Of a DNA stretch of 64,000 nucleotides, positions 62,762-64,000 are shown one piece after another. The notes under the pieces were generated by a model, which was not told the origin of the DNA, did not search any database, and worked only from the letters and a program-made list of their open reading frames with translations. Within the stretch, counting starts at the first letter, position 1. Each line of letters starts with the position of its first letter. The DNA is from Trypanosoma brucei. Lineage: Eukaryota. The stretch spans positions 192,001 through 256,000 of the forward strand of contig AE017150.2 in NCBI GenBank assembly GCA_000002445.1. Reading direction: 5' to 3'. Made by a program: the position numbers and the translations under genes.

Positions 62762-64000
62762 ATGGGAATAACCCTAGCCAACAAAAAGCATAAGTCTGAA
62801 CCTTCAGAGCAGTCAGCAGTGCAGATACAACACCATCTTGAAGCTGGAACGTGCCAGCTTTTGACTACGGAATCTAAGACCGATGAAGATCCAGCAATGG
62901 CTATGGGAGCGTTGATGGAGGAAAAGAAGAGGCTAGAAGAAGAGGCATATCTAATAAAAAGCAGTGTTGAAACACACAAAAACGAATTAAGCAAACTTAC
63001 AGGCGGTGAACAAAGCAAAAAGCACATGGTTCTTGCCAGCATTGACTACACCCACTATGATGGGCCTCAAAATGCTTCTGAAGCTACCCTTTCTACCGTG
63101 GATATTGATAGGGGCCAATTTCTTGCAGCTCGGGGGGCTACCGCACTCCGAAAGTTGCATGTCACAGTGGGGAGCAGCGCTTTTGACGTTAAGAGCCTTT
63201 GTGAATGGAAGTTTATCGAGGAGTTATGTGTTTCAATACGCAACGGCACGGTTGCAAATGTTCACTACGCTGTCCAGCTCCCCAAGTTAAAAAAGCTTTG
63301 GCTGAAAGGGGAATGCGTCGACAACAATGATTCCCGGCATATAAGCCACATGGCGGCTCTTGAGGAGCTAACAATCTCTAATTGCGCGAAACTGACATCC
63401 GTTGAAGGAATTCACCGCCTTCAGAACCTCACCATGCTGGATTTGAGCCGCACATGTGTTGACAATAGCTTCATGGTGGAGCTATCCATGTGCCCATCGC
63501 TGCTCGCGTTGGATCTCTCATTCTGTTATCGGATAACCAACGCAATTCCGCTTTCCAAAATTGAGACTCTCGAGGAGTTATGCCTTGAGGACTGCAGAGG
63601 AATAGAAAAAGGCATTGGGACATTCGGATCACTACCACGACTACGTGTTTTGAACATAAAGGGCCTGCGTCTTACAAATGCCTGTATAGGCGGCCTAAGC
63701 GGCAGCAAGTCAATTATAAGGCTTAAAATGGAAAATTTCGTTGAATCGCGCGGTTCAAGGAAGTTGTTAAACATTAAAACATTACGGAAACTGTGCGTTC
63801 ATAGCAGCAACCACACGGACTGCGAAATCAGCGGCTACCTCAAGAACTGCAGAAAGTCCTTTGTTTCGGGCGCTGAGGGTTTGCTGATTGACGACCGATC
63901 ACTCAAGACAATTTGTGCATCTCGATTCCTGGTGTCACTCGACGTTTCACATTCTCTTGCCCTGACAAATGTTTCGCCCATATGCATGGCCTTGAATTTG
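62762..64000 (+). CDS. LRRP: Second LRRP gene, N-terminal ~412 aa. The ORF is open to the window edge.
   Basis: ATG at 62762. There are no stops to 64000. It has the same architecture as the 44563 gene: a non-repeat N-terminal region, then LEELTISNCAKLTS..., LEELCLEDCRGIEKGIGTFGSLPRLRVLNIKG... repeats. Confidence 0.7.
   Translation, partial: MGITLANKKHKSEPSEQSAVQIQHHLEAGTCQLLTTESKTDEDPAMAMGALMEEKKRLEEEAYLIKSSVETHKNELSKLTGGEQSKKHMVLASIDYTHYDGPQNASEATLSTVDIDRGQFLAARGATALRKLHVTVGSSAFDVKSLCEWKFIEELCVSIRNGTVANVHYAVQLPKLKKLWLKGECVDNNDSRHISHMAALEELTISNCAKLTSVEGIHRLQNLTMLDLSRTCVDNSFMVELSMCPSLLALDLSFCYRITNAIPLSKIETLEELCLEDCRGIEKGIGTFGSLPRLRVLNIKGLRLTNACIGGLSGSKSIIRLKMENFVESRGSRKLLNIKTLRKLCVHSSNHTDCEISGYLKNCRKSFVSGAEGLLIDDRSLKTICASRFLVSLDVSHSLALTNVSPICMALNL

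Overview
The window reads as nuclear DNA of an African trypanosome (Trypanosoma brucei group), not prokaryotic DNA. The evidence is a retrotransposon-hot-spot (RHS) multigene array, two RIME elements, an ingi 5' end carrying a 2A peptide, a receptor-type adenylate cyclase (GRESAG4) pseudogene, and ESAG8-like leucine-rich-repeat protein (LRRP) genes. Kilobase-scale repeated AT-rich intergenic blocks separate the genes. I found no rRNA, CRISPR array or operon-like structure, and one 65-bp tRNA-like insert that I rejected.

Layout, 1-30.6 kb (minus strand): an RHS array of six gene copies. Three are intact ORFs of 675, 579 and 841 aa. Three are pseudogenes, and two of those are split by RIME insertions at the RHS hot spot. 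The array uses two families of upstream block, U1 and U2. Between array members sits a frameshifted pseudogene for an RNA polymerase second-largest subunit.

33.5-39.4 kb: an unassigned, partly GC-rich stretch that behaves as a strand-switch region.

39.4-64 kb (mostly plus strand): a multiply frameshifted GRESAG4 pseudogene; an LRRP gene of about 1390 aa with one frameshift; a plus-strand RHS pseudogene; a head-to-head junction of an RHS N-terminal fragment with a chimeric ingi-5'/RHS-C-terminal ORF; and a second LRRP gene that runs off the right edge.

The most notable observations are the RNA polymerase subunit pseudogene inside the RHS cluster, the 3'-truncated ingi fused in frame to a divergent RHS C-terminal domain, and the modular shuffling of RHS N-terminal modules together with their upstream blocks. 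A RIME with an internal (A)55 tract and a segmental inversion at a GTTAAC palindrome are also of interest. All family assignments rest on remembered motifs; no database search was possible.
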